This document shows positions 45,326 through 53,843 of a stretch of 64,000 nt of DNA, piece by piece; positions within the stretch are counted from its first letter, which is position 1, and every line of letters begins with the position of its first letter. The notes beneath the pieces are model-generated. The model was not told the DNA's origin, ran no database searches, and worked only from the letters and a program-made list of their open reading frames with translations. A program made the translations under genes and the position numbers. This DNA comes from Candidatus Omnitrophota bacterium (lineage in GTDB: Bacteria > Omnitrophota > Gorgyraeia > Tantalellales > Tantalellaceae), in the NCBI GenBank assembly GCA_024277375.1, contig JAJRVD010000053.1:8680-72679 (forward strand), given 5' to 3'.

Positions 45326-46528
45326 ATGAGTAAGAAAAATGAAGAAAATTTGGTTTTATATCCGGGGATGGCAGGGCTTACGAGGGATATGATAGATCGC
45401 ATGAAAGCGGATGGGTCGGAGCTGCTCTCAGTTGATATTATGTTGACCCAAAAATGCAATTTTAAGTGTATTTATTGTTATGCCGAAGCCGGTCCGCAAA
45501 GGGTTCATCAACTTACCATGACCGAGGCAAAGAGTATAGTTAACGATGCTGTGGATATGGGCGTGAAGATACTGAACATGCAGGGAGGTGAACCCTTGAT
45601 ATGGCATCCCGACGATTGGGAAGGAAAGGGTGGCGAAGCTTTTTTTCATATAGTTGAGTATATAAGAGATCTGTACGCGGAAAGAAAACTTCCGCTTGAC
45701 CTGGTTAGCTTTACTGATGTCGCGATCATCACCGAAGAGAAAGCCAAACGGCTCGTTAAATTGGGTGTGGCTTTGTGTTGCAAACTCGATTCGATCGAGG
45801 AGGAAGTACAGGATAAATTGTTGGGGGTTCCTGGTGGCGCTAAAAAAATGAGGGATGGGTATCAACATTTGATAAACGCGGGGTATGGCCGGGACGATAT
45901 GCCGGCGATCTCAACGAATACGGTCGTTACTACTTTGAATTATGATGGAGTTCCCGAGGTTTTCAGATGGTCCAGAAATCATAATTTTCGACCGTTCATA
46001 ATTCCGGTACATGTTCACGGAACGGCCCAGGAGAACGCTTCTATGATGTTGTGTGGTAAACCGTCAGGTGGTACTCTGGATGCCGGGGACATTAAAAAAC
46101 TATTTGAAAATCTTGCCGAGATAGACGGAAAAGAATTTGATATTCATTGGAAGGCGGAAACCCCGTGGGTAGAGAACAAGGCATGTTCCAGGCATTTAGG
46201 AGGTGTTCACGTAAGGGCGGACGGGAAAGTAATACCATGTTCGGAAGCTCCGGACCAGTGGGCGCTTGGAGATATCAGAAAGGAATCTTTCAAGGATATA
46301 GTGATGTCGGAGAAGGTGAAAAAATTCAGAAATATTTATTCGGAATTACATGATCATTCGAAATGTTCTCCTGTAAATTGTCCGGCAGCAAAAGAAGGAA
46401 GATGTTATGGTTGTCGAACTCGGGCGTATGATGATTCAGGATTTGATGCTGATGGTAATTTTGACGTTGCACGGTTAGATCCGGAAGCGTTTTTCGCCGG
46501 AGATCCGGCATGTTGGAGGGAAGCCTAA
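45326..46528 (+). CDS. Radical SAM protein with C-terminal SPASM/twitch-like Cys-rich domain
   Basis: CNFKCIYC (Cx3Cx2C) near the N-terminus. C-terminal CSPVNCPAAKEGRCYGCRTRAY cysteine cluster. Confidence 0.7.
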   Translation: MSKKNEENLVLYPGMAGLTRDMIDRMKADGSELLSVDIMLTQKCNFKCIYCYAEAGPQRVHQLTMTEAKSIVNDAVDMGVKILNMQGGEPLIWHPDDWEGKGGEAFFHIVEYIRDLYAERKLPLDLVSFTDVAIITEEKAKRLVKLGVALCCKLDSIEEEVQDKLLGVPGGAKKMRDGYQHLINAGYGRDDMPAISTNTVVTTLNYDGVPEVFRWSRNHNFRPFIIPVHVHGTAQENASMMLCGKPSGGTLDAGDIKKLFENLAEIDGKEFDIHWKAETPWVENKACSRHLGGVHVRADGKVIPCSEAPDQWALGDIRKESFKDIVMSEKVKKFRNIYSELHDHSKCSPVNCPAAKEGRCYGCRTRAYDDSGFDADGNFDVARLDPEAFFAGDPACWREA

Positions 46529-46603
46529 CGGGTAGCAGGTTTTAGGTGAAAGGTTTATGGGGCGCGGAATAAAGAACCCGGAGTACTCTCCGGCTTCTTC
46601 TAA

Positions 46604-46640
46604 CGTAGGAGCGGCCTCTGGCCGCGAAGGATTTTGTTCA
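46604..46640 (+). terminator. GC hairpin (GCGGCC-TCT-GGCCGC) followed by GGATTTTGTT; a copy of short repeat family C
   Basis: A second hairpin, CCGGAG-TACT-CTCCGG, sits at 46577..46594. Both lie downstream of the radical SAM-SPASM gene. Confidence 0.4.
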
Positions 46641-46714
46641 TATCAATTATTCATAGATGCAGGGATGACATAGGTTGCGGAATATGATATCACACAAAAA
46701 AAATGAGGTAAAAA

Positions 46715-48337
46715 ATGAAAAAAAGAGCAAAATTACGAAGTTTTATAGAAAAAGGTGAACTCTTCAAGATAGTGGGAGCTCATAACGGTTTAACGGCCAA
46801 GTTGGTGGCCGAAGCCGGGTTTGACGGGGTTTGGGCATCAGGTTTTGAGATATCAAGCTCACATGCGGTTCCGGACGCTAATATTCTCACTATGACGGAT
46901 TATTTGAACGCCTCCGCTGAAATGGCATCGACGGTATCGATCCCCGTGATCTCGGATTGTGATACCGGTTACGGGAACTCGAATAATGTCATACATATGG
47001 TCCAGAAATATGAGGCTGCCGGTATCGCGGCTGTCTGTATTGAGGATAAAAAATTCCCGAAAGTAAATAGTTTTATCCCCGGACGCCAGGAACTGGCGCC
47101 AATAGCGGAATTTGTCGGGAAAATAATGGCGGCTAAGAACGCGCGGGTTACAAAAGATTTTATGGTTTTTGCCAGGGTGGAAGCTTTGATCGCCGGATGG
47201 GGGATGGATGAGGCTTTAAGGAGAGCGGAAGCGTATGTGGATGCCGGTGCCGACGGGATATTTATCCATTCGAAGTCGAAAACTTCGGATGAAATAACCG
47301 CTTTTTGTGAGGTATGGAACAAAAGAGCGCCGATCCTGATCTGTCCTACGACGTATCCGATCAGTGAGGATGAGATGAAAAATCTGGGCGTAAGTATTGT
47401 CATTTACGCGAATCATGGGCTCCGGGCGGCGATAAAACATATGGGTGAAATTTTACGACACATTAAGGAGAACGGTCTTAGCGGCGTCGATTCCAAAATT
47501 GTTTCTATGGCGGAAGTCTTCCGCCTTCAGGGCATGCATGTCATGAAACAACAGGAAAAGAAATACCTGAAGACGGAGGGAGGATCCGTTAAGGCAATAA
47601 TACCCGCTGCCGGGGCTAAGATGGACAGCTCTTTTAAAGAGATACTGGAGGATAGGCCTGTAGGAATGCTTGATATAAACGGAAAATTATTATTTCAGAG
47701 GAATATTGAAACGTTAAATTCCGCGGGGGTGCAGGATATCAATATAATTGTCGGGTATGGCGGGGATAAGGTCTCTCTTGAAGGTGTTAATATTATTAAA
47801 AATGAGGATTTTCAGAAAAAAGGAATTATGCAGTCCATCATCAAAGGTATGGATTCCATATCCGATAAAAATGTGATACTATACTCCGATATTATTCTGG
47901 ACCAGGGTCTTTTAGAAAGACTCCTTAAAAAGGAAGGAGATATAATTCTTGTTGTGGATAGCACTTACAGAAAGACGCAATCCCGGAACAAAGAACTTGA
48001 ACTGGTCATGGCTGAGTATTCTTCACATGACAACCGTCGTACTATTGATGTGAACAGAAAGAACTTAGTGCGGAAAACCGGGAAAAACCTTTCTGAAGAA
48101 GACGCAAATTTTGAGTTTATCGGCACGGCTCTTTTATCAAAAAAGGGCATGGAACTTTTGGTTAAAGAATATGAAAACGCGAAATTTCCCGAGCCGCTTT
48201 CTTTTACGGATCTTATCCAGCACTTAGTAGGTGCCGGACATGAAGTTCTTGCTTATGAAGTGACTAGCGGATGGATGGAGATACATAATTTTTCTGACTA
48301 TAAAAAAGCATGTTCAATATTTTGCGGGGGGAAATGA
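46715..48337 (+). CDS. Phosphoenolpyruvate mutase fused to a C-terminal nucleotidyltransferase domain
   Basis: The N-terminal ~290 aa match PEP mutase blocks (LRSFIEKGELFKIVGAHNGLTAKL ... VISDCDTGYGN ... AAVCIEDKKFPKVNSF). The C-terminal ~250 aa have the AIIPAAGAKMDSSFKEILEDRPVGMLDING NTP-transferase fold. Confidence 0.8.
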   Translation: MKKRAKLRSFIEKGELFKIVGAHNGLTAKLVAEAGFDGVWASGFEISSSHAVPDANILTMTDYLNASAEMASTVSIPVISDCDTGYGNSNNVIHMVQKYEAAGIAAVCIEDKKFPKVNSFIPGRQELAPIAEFVGKIMAAKNARVTKDFMVFARVEALIAGWGMDEALRRAEAYVDAGADGIFIHSKSKTSDEITAFCEVWNKRAPILICPTTYPISEDEMKNLGVSIVIYANHGLRAAIKHMGEILRHIKENGLSGVDSKIVSMAEVFRLQGMHVMKQQEKKYLKTEGGSVKAIIPAAGAKMDSSFKEILEDRPVGMLDINGKLLFQRNIETLNSAGVQDINIIVGYGGDKVSLEGVNIIKNEDFQKKGIMQSIIKGMDSISDKNVILYSDIILDQGLLERLLKKEGDIILVVDSTYRKTQSRNKELELVMAEYSSHDNRRTIDVNRKNLVRKTGKNLSEEDANFEFIGTALLSKKGMELLVKEYENAKFPEPLSFTDLIQHLVGAGHEVLAYEVTSGWMEIHNFSDYKKACSIFCGGK

Positions 48338-49452
48338 TACAGGCAGGAAATCTAATAAGTGAGTTTGATAAATACGGATTTGGGCCATATATCGAGGTTC
48401 CTTGCAGTATCCTGGGACCGATAATCGCGAATCTTATTAATAAAAGACCCGAAGAGCTGATAAATCCGACTAATGAAGCGATCGCGATGGGTATAGCCAG
48501 TGGATCTTTTATGGCTACGGGTAAAATTCCGGTTGTACTTATGCAAAATTCAGGTTTGTGTAACGCGTTGAACTCTATCACTTCTTTGAATCAAATATAC
48601 GATATTCCCATTCTGATGATGATCTCGTGGAGGGGAGAACCCGGAGCGAAAGACGCGCCTGAACATCTTGTTGTCGGAGAGCGGATGAAACAACTGCTCG
48701 AAGTGTTTGATATCCCATATGTTGTTTTGTCTGAAGACCGATTGAAGGAAGACATTGTTCGGTTAGCTGAAATAGTTGAGGAACAAAAGCGTCCAGTGGC
48801 GTTGATCATACGGCACGGGCTTTTTGAAAAAGAAGACATAGTTCTTCCGGATAGCCCGCATACCATGTATAGGGATGAGGCCATCAATATTATTATTGAC
48901 GCCGGGATCGGAAAATCCTTTTTTGTTACGACCAACGGGTTTATAAGTAGAGAGGCTTTTAATGACCTTACCGGTAAGGGAGAGGAAGATAAAAACCCCC
49001 TTTTTTATATGTTAGGATCAATGGGGCACGCTCTGCCCGTGGGGATGGGATTAGCCAGAGGTATAAACGCGGATAAAAAGATCATCGTTTTAGACGGAGA
49101 CGGGGGATGTCTTATGCATTCGGGAGCTATGGCTTCGGTTAATGATGGGAACTGCAAAAATCTCGTTCATATTGTTTTAGATAATTCCGTTTACGGGTCT
49201 ACGGGGGGGCAACCCACCATTTCGGGGAAAATAGATTTTAAAAAGATCGCTTCAGGGTGTGGATATAAGAACGTATTTCGATTTAATGATCCTGAGAAAA
49301 TGAAAGGCGAACTTCCGAGGATACTTGACGAAGATGGCCCGACATTCGTACACGTACGTGTAAATAGTGTTTCACGTGAAGCCGGACCGAGGATATCCAC
49401 AAAATATTCGTGTAAAGACATCAAAGAAAGATTTATGGAAAAATTAAAGTAA
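48334..49452 (+). CDS. Phosphonopyruvate decarboxylase (ThDP-dependent)
   Basis: ThDP-binding GSMGHALPVGMGLA ... LDGDGGCLMH motif. ATGA overlap with the PEP mutase gene. Confidence 0.75.
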   Translation: MIQAGNLISEFDKYGFGPYIEVPCSILGPIIANLINKRPEELINPTNEAIAMGIASGSFMATGKIPVVLMQNSGLCNALNSITSLNQIYDIPILMMISWRGEPGAKDAPEHLVVGERMKQLLEVFDIPYVVLSEDRLKEDIVRLAEIVEEQKRPVALIIRHGLFEKEDIVLPDSPHTMYRDEAINIIIDAGIGKSFFVTTNGFISREAFNDLTGKGEEDKNPLFYMLGSMGHALPVGMGLARGINADKKIIVLDGDGGCLMHSGAMASVNDGNCKNLVHIVLDNSVYGSTGGQPTISGKIDFKKIASGCGYKNVFRFNDPEKMKGELPRILDEDGPTFVHVRVNSVSREAGPRISTKYSCKDIKERFMEKLK

Positions 49453-49453
49453 T

Positions 49454-50566
49454 ATGAAGTACCGTCATAAACTGGTATCCATAGTTATTGCGTTGGTAAT
49501 ATCGGTATCCGTTACCGAAGTCGGGCTGAGGATGCTTCGGTTAGTTCCGCATGAAGGATATCCTGACGGTATGTATCAAAAAGACGAGCTGCTGGGATAT
49601 AGCTTGACGCCTAATTTTGAGGGGAAGTTGATAAAACATGAATTCGCAACGAAGTTCCGGACAAATTCGATCGGGATGAACGATGTAGAATACGGGCAAA
49701 AAAATGAAGATGATTATAGGGTATTAGCTTTGGGAGCGTCTTTTGCCTGGGGAGCATACGGGGCCGGGTTGAACGAGACATTTTTAAAAAAACTGGAGCA
49801 GAAACTTAATACGGAACATAACAATACGAATTATCAGGTCATGAACGCGGGTGTGCCGGGGTACGCGCTCGATAGGCAGTTGTTATGGTTAAAGAACAGG
49901 GGTCTGGCATTCAAACCGGATATGCTTTTGGTCACGGTTTACGCGGGAAATGTTTTTCACGAGGCGGCTATTAAACGTGCGGTAACGGTTGACGAAAGGG
50001 GACAACTGGTTTCACAAAAACATATCATCAAAGGTGGTTTTGCCTTTTTTGTAAAGATAAGAGATTTTTTCATTAAACATTCTCATTTCTACAGAATGGC
50101 AGAAAATAAATGCGCTAATCTTTTGAGTAGATTTGTTGAGAGAGAGTTTCTTGGGAAAATGCAGAATTGGGATAAAGGTAAGAATAACGTATTTATGATC
50201 CGTTCCTCGGATATGGTGACGGGAGAGATAAATACGGCATTAGATATGCTGGGAGAGATAAATGACATCGCTAAAGAAAATAAGTTACCGATCTTTGTAG
50301 TGATAATACCATCTAAATATCAGGTGGATGATTACTTTAAAGAGCTTTTCATTAAAGACAACGGCATGTTTGCGGGAACTTACGACATGGAAAAACCGCA
50401 AAAAATACTAGCGAAATGGGGTAAAGAGAACGGAGTTGAGATAATCGATCCGATCAGGGAATTCAGAGACAAAAATCAGGGAGGGGGGCTTTATTGGAGA
50501 ATAAATCCCCATTTGAATAAAAGGGGAAATGAGATCCTTTCCGGAACGATCTTTGGGTCGATATAA
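49454..50566 (+). CDS. SGNH/GDSL-like hydrolase-fold protein with N-terminal TM (AlgX/AlgJ/DltD-like)
   Basis: N-terminal TM. LALGASFAWG (block I Ser) and a C-terminal NPHLN (D/H-like block). Weak call. Confidence 0.4.
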   Translation: MKYRHKLVSIVIALVISVSVTEVGLRMLRLVPHEGYPDGMYQKDELLGYSLTPNFEGKLIKHEFATKFRTNSIGMNDVEYGQKNEDDYRVLALGASFAWGAYGAGLNETFLKKLEQKLNTEHNNTNYQVMNAGVPGYALDRQLLWLKNRGLAFKPDMLLVTVYAGNVFHEAAIKRAVTVDERGQLVSQKHIIKGGFAFFVKIRDFFIKHSHFYRMAENKCANLLSRFVEREFLGKMQNWDKGKNNVFMIRSSDMVTGEINTALDMLGEINDIAKENKLPIFVVIIPSKYQVDDYFKELFIKDNGMFAGTYDMEKPQKILAKWGKENGVEIIDPIREFRDKNQGGGLYWRINPHLNKRGNEILSGTIFGSI

Positions 50567-50616
50567 AAAACAATATTGTAAAACGTTTGTAGTAATGCCG
50601 ATCATAGGAGGGAAAA

Positions 50617-51576
50617 GTGAAACTGATCATTCAGATTCCATGTTATAACGAGGAAGAAACGCTATCGGTAACATTAAAGGATCTGCCTAAGCACATAGAG
50701 GGGATCGATGTTATAGAAACATTGATCATCGATGATGGCAGTTCTGACGGTACGGTGAAGAAAGCAGGGGACTTGGGAGTTGATCATATTCTCAAATTGC
50801 CGGGGCATAGAGGATTGGCGGAGGCTTTTAGACGCGGGCTTGAAAGATGCCTGGAATTGCAGTCAGATATTATCGTCAATACTGACGGTGACAATCAGTA
50901 CAATGGTGGGGATATTAAGAAACTGGTGGAGCCCATACTATCAAAAAAAGCGGATATTGTAATTGGTTGCCGGGAAATGTCAGCTATCAAACATTTTTCT
51001 GTGATAAAAAAAATACTTCAGAAAGTAGGTAGCTATATCGTGCGCAAGATATCCAATACCAATATTCCCGATACTACCAGCGGGTTCAGAGCATATTCGC
51101 GGGAAGCAGCTTTGCGGATAAATGTTTTTTCAAATTATACATACACCCTTGAAACACTAATTCAGGCCGGAAGAAAAGAGATCCCCGTAACTCATGTTGA
51201 TATTTCGACTAATGAAAAACTAAGGGAATCCAGATTGATGAAAAGCATGTTCGGTTATGTTACCAGATCCGTATCGACGATATCGCGTATATATTTAATG
51301 TACGAACCAATGAAAAGTTTTTTCTGGTTGGGGATGGTTCCCATATCGTTAAGCATTATACTGATAGTGAGGTTCGCGATAAGCTATTTTACCCGTGTTC
51401 ATGGCGGGCATGTTCAGTCCCTTATTATTGCCGCGATGTTGTTTATCGTCGGCGGGATGATAGTTCTTATAGGTCTTTTGGGGGACGTTATATCGGCTAA
51501 CAGAAAACTTAATGAAGAAACATTGTATAGGCTTAAAAAAAACGCAATGTCCAGGTCGTTGGAAAGCAAAGAGTAA
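50617..51576 (+). CDS. GT2 polyprenyl-phosphate glycosyltransferase (DPM1/ArnC-like) with C-terminal TM helices
   Basis: IIQIPCYNEEE, LIIDDGSSDGT and NTDGDNQY (DxD). Two C-terminal TM segments. GTG start with RBS ggagggaaaag. Confidence 0.75.
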   Translation: MKLIIQIPCYNEEETLSVTLKDLPKHIEGIDVIETLIIDDGSSDGTVKKAGDLGVDHILKLPGHRGLAEAFRRGLERCLELQSDIIVNTDGDNQYNGGDIKKLVEPILSKKADIVIGCREMSAIKHFSVIKKILQKVGSYIVRKISNTNIPDTTSGFRAYSREAALRINVFSNYTYTLETLIQAGRKEIPVTHVDISTNEKLRESRLMKSMFGYVTRSVSTISRIYLMYEPMKSFFWLGMVPISLSIILIVRFAISYFTRVHGGHVQSLIIAAMLFIVGGMIVLIGLLGDVISANRKLNEETLYRLKKNAMSRSLESKE

Positions 51577-51597
51577 TGATCGTTCGGGGAGAATGTA

Positions 51598-52287
51598 ATG
51601 GCGAATACAAAAGATTTTATGTACAAAGGACGAGACGCGGGGCATAAAGAGTTTTTTAGTATGTTGATCTATCGACCCATAGCTAATTTTGTGCTGAATA
51701 AGCTGGTTAGGCACATGAAAGTTACACCTAACCAGATAAGTCTCTTTTCTCTCCTGATGGTGTTCGTAGGATGTGTTGTATTTGTTAAAAATCCGTATCC
51801 ATATTCACTCGTTTTTGTGATATTCCTACATCTTGGTTATCTTTTTGATGTTTTAGACGGACAATACGCGAGATATAAAGGACTTGAGTCAAAGTATGGA
51901 CAATGGTTTGACGCTTTTCTTGATACTATCAAAGGAGCTTTGATCTTTGTGTCTTTGTCTTATAAAGCGTACCTCATCGACCATGAACCGATGGTATTGT
52001 TATGGGGCATGGTAGCTCTTATTCAAAGTTTTCTGGCGTTTTATGCTTTGAATTCCAAAGAGCAGGTTATTGAGGGGAGTTTTTCCATAAAACTGAAAAG
52101 GAAAGTATATGTAGGATATGAGGCTTCGCTCTACTGGGCAATATCATTGGTCGTGATATCCAACAGGTTATATTATGGGCTCTTGTTTCTCGGCGCGGTT
52201 TGCGCTGTAACATGGCTAAGAGTGTGTGTTGTGCTTAGCAGAAATTGTAGGGTAAATAAAAAAATGATCAAGGATGAAAATGGATAG
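51598..52287 (+). CDS. CDP-alcohol phosphatidyltransferase family protein (second copy)
   Basis: FDVLDGQYARYKGLESKYGQWFDAFLD is a perfect D-x2-DG-x2-AR-x8-G-x3-D-x3-D motif. Confidence 0.7.
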   Translation: MANTKDFMYKGRDAGHKEFFSMLIYRPIANFVLNKLVRHMKVTPNQISLFSLLMVFVGCVVFVKNPYPYSLVFVIFLHLGYLFDVLDGQYARYKGLESKYGQWFDAFLDTIKGALIFVSLSYKAYLIDHEPMVLLWGMVALIQSFLAFYALNSKEQVIEGSFSIKLKRKVYVGYEASLYWAISLVVISNRLYYGLLFLGAVCAVTWLRVCVVLSRNCRVNKKMIKDENG

Positions 52288-53824
52288 AAAATTATTATTT
52301 TATACCGCGATTTTTGGATTATTTTTTTCAATTTTTGTCTTTTTGGGGAACGGACATTACGGTGGTGACGGTCTGGAAAATTATCTGACTGCGGAGAGTA
52401 TTGTTTTGGATGGTGACCTGAAGATCTACGACAGGCCATTTGAAGTGAAAGAGATGAGGGCTAAAAAAACGAAAACGAGAGAGCAAGACGGAGCGAGATA
52501 CTCAAAGTATGGTATCGGAATGCCGTTATTGCTCGTCCCGTTGTATGGTTTGGGGCAGGCGATCGCGAGTTTTATACCAGGCATATCGTATAGCTATGTG
52601 ACGCAATTTTGCGTCGCGTTAACTAACCCCTTAATTACGGCACTGACAGTGTTGATGCTTTTTGTTTTTTTGGAAAATTTAGGATATGAGCCGCGTACAT
52701 GTTTTTTTACTGTTCTTTGCTATGCTTTTAGCACAATGGTACCGGCGTACGCGCGTTCGGGGTTTTCCGAACCTGCAGTAACTTTTTTTGTATTGTCAGC
52801 CGTCTTTTTCCTCCATAAACATGAAAAGAGTTCTTTGACGCGCTATCTAGTGCTGGCAGCGGTCCTGGTCGGGTATACACTGCTTATAAAGATCAACTCG
52901 CTGATATATCTGCCTATGATGTTTGGTTATGCCGTATATCGGTCCAAAAAAGAATGGCCGGGATGGGGGAGGTCCTTCAGATTATGGATGGCGGTTATTT
53001 TACCTCTGGCATTTGCTGTCGGGGTGGCCCTGTATGTCAGGACATTGGGAGGGGCAGGTGTGGCTGACGCTACCGTTGGCAGTTTTAACAGAATGTTCAG
53101 GGGGAGCATCGGATCGATGCAGTCACTTGTTAAGGGGCTTTATTATAATTTGTTTTCCTCCGGGAAAGGATATTTTTTCTATAATGTACCTCTGGTATTA
53201 GCGCTGTTTGCCGTAAAAGATTTCCTAAGAAAAAATAGAACTATTGCCATGGTTTGCTTGATCTTTATCGTGACAAATTTCTTCGTATACTCATTCATTT
53301 TCAAAAGGGGGTCACTTTTTTCCTGGGGGCCTAGATACCTTTATCCGACCATTCCTTTTATGTGTGTATTTTTGGCGCAATTTATTGATAATGCGAGATC
53401 TGTCGCTAAAAAGATAGCTGTGGCGGCGGCGGGGCTGATAGGATGTTTTATACAGCTGCCGGTTATGTTCATTAATGTGTCCAAATATTTATTTTTCGTA
53501 AAAGAAAAACTTATGCAGGAAGAGTATTTTATAAACTATGTGCCGCATTTAAGTCCCTTGTATGGGAATTGGAGACTCTTTCTCTCGGCAATAACAAGAT
53601 CAGTATCAGGCGTTTCGTTGAGCTTTACCTATGATCCTGACTATTGGTTCCTGAAGCCGATTATCGTTTCATTAAAAGGTTATGATGTATGGGACATATG
53701 GTGGGTAAACGCCGTGAAAGTGTCGCCGCGTTTTTCGATAATGGTCTTAATGACGGCTTTTTTGCTGGTATTTGTCATGATACTATGTTTGGTAAAGATA
53801 AAACGAACGATCTTTGTGAAATAG
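52274..53824 (+). CDS. Large polytopic membrane protein, GT-C-like (lipid-carrier-dependent glycosyltransferase candidate)
   Basis: About 516 aa and at least 10 TM segments, following a DPM1-like GT2. No diagnostic motif. Confidence 0.4.
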   Translation: MKMDRKLLFYTAIFGLFFSIFVFLGNGHYGGDGLENYLTAESIVLDGDLKIYDRPFEVKEMRAKKTKTREQDGARYSKYGIGMPLLLVPLYGLGQAIASFIPGISYSYVTQFCVALTNPLITALTVLMLFVFLENLGYEPRTCFFTVLCYAFSTMVPAYARSGFSEPAVTFFVLSAVFFLHKHEKSSLTRYLVLAAVLVGYTLLIKINSLIYLPMMFGYAVYRSKKEWPGWGRSFRLWMAVILPLAFAVGVALYVRTLGGAGVADATVGSFNRMFRGSIGSMQSLVKGLYYNLFSSGKGYFFYNVPLVLALFAVKDFLRKNRTIAMVCLIFIVTNFFVYSFIFKRGSLFSWGPRYLYPTIPFMCVFLAQFIDNARSVAKKIAVAAAGLIGCFIQLPVMFINVSKYLFFVKEKLMQEEYFINYVPHLSPLYGNWRLFLSAITRSVSGVSLSFTYDPDYWFLKPIIVSLKGYDVWDIWWVNAVKVSPRFSIMVLMTAFLLVFVMILCLVKIKRTIFVK

Positions 53825-53843
53825 CGACGTTAAAGGTAAAACG

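Noticed and set aside
45326-46528. The radical SAM-SPASM protein as an anaerobic sulfatase-maturating enzyme for the sulfatase-fold proteins at 39674 and 4812.
   Set aside because: Both sulfatase-fold proteins have a Thr nucleophile (TLPSF, TIPAW) and lack the C/S-x-P-x-R formylglycine motif that anSMEs recognise.
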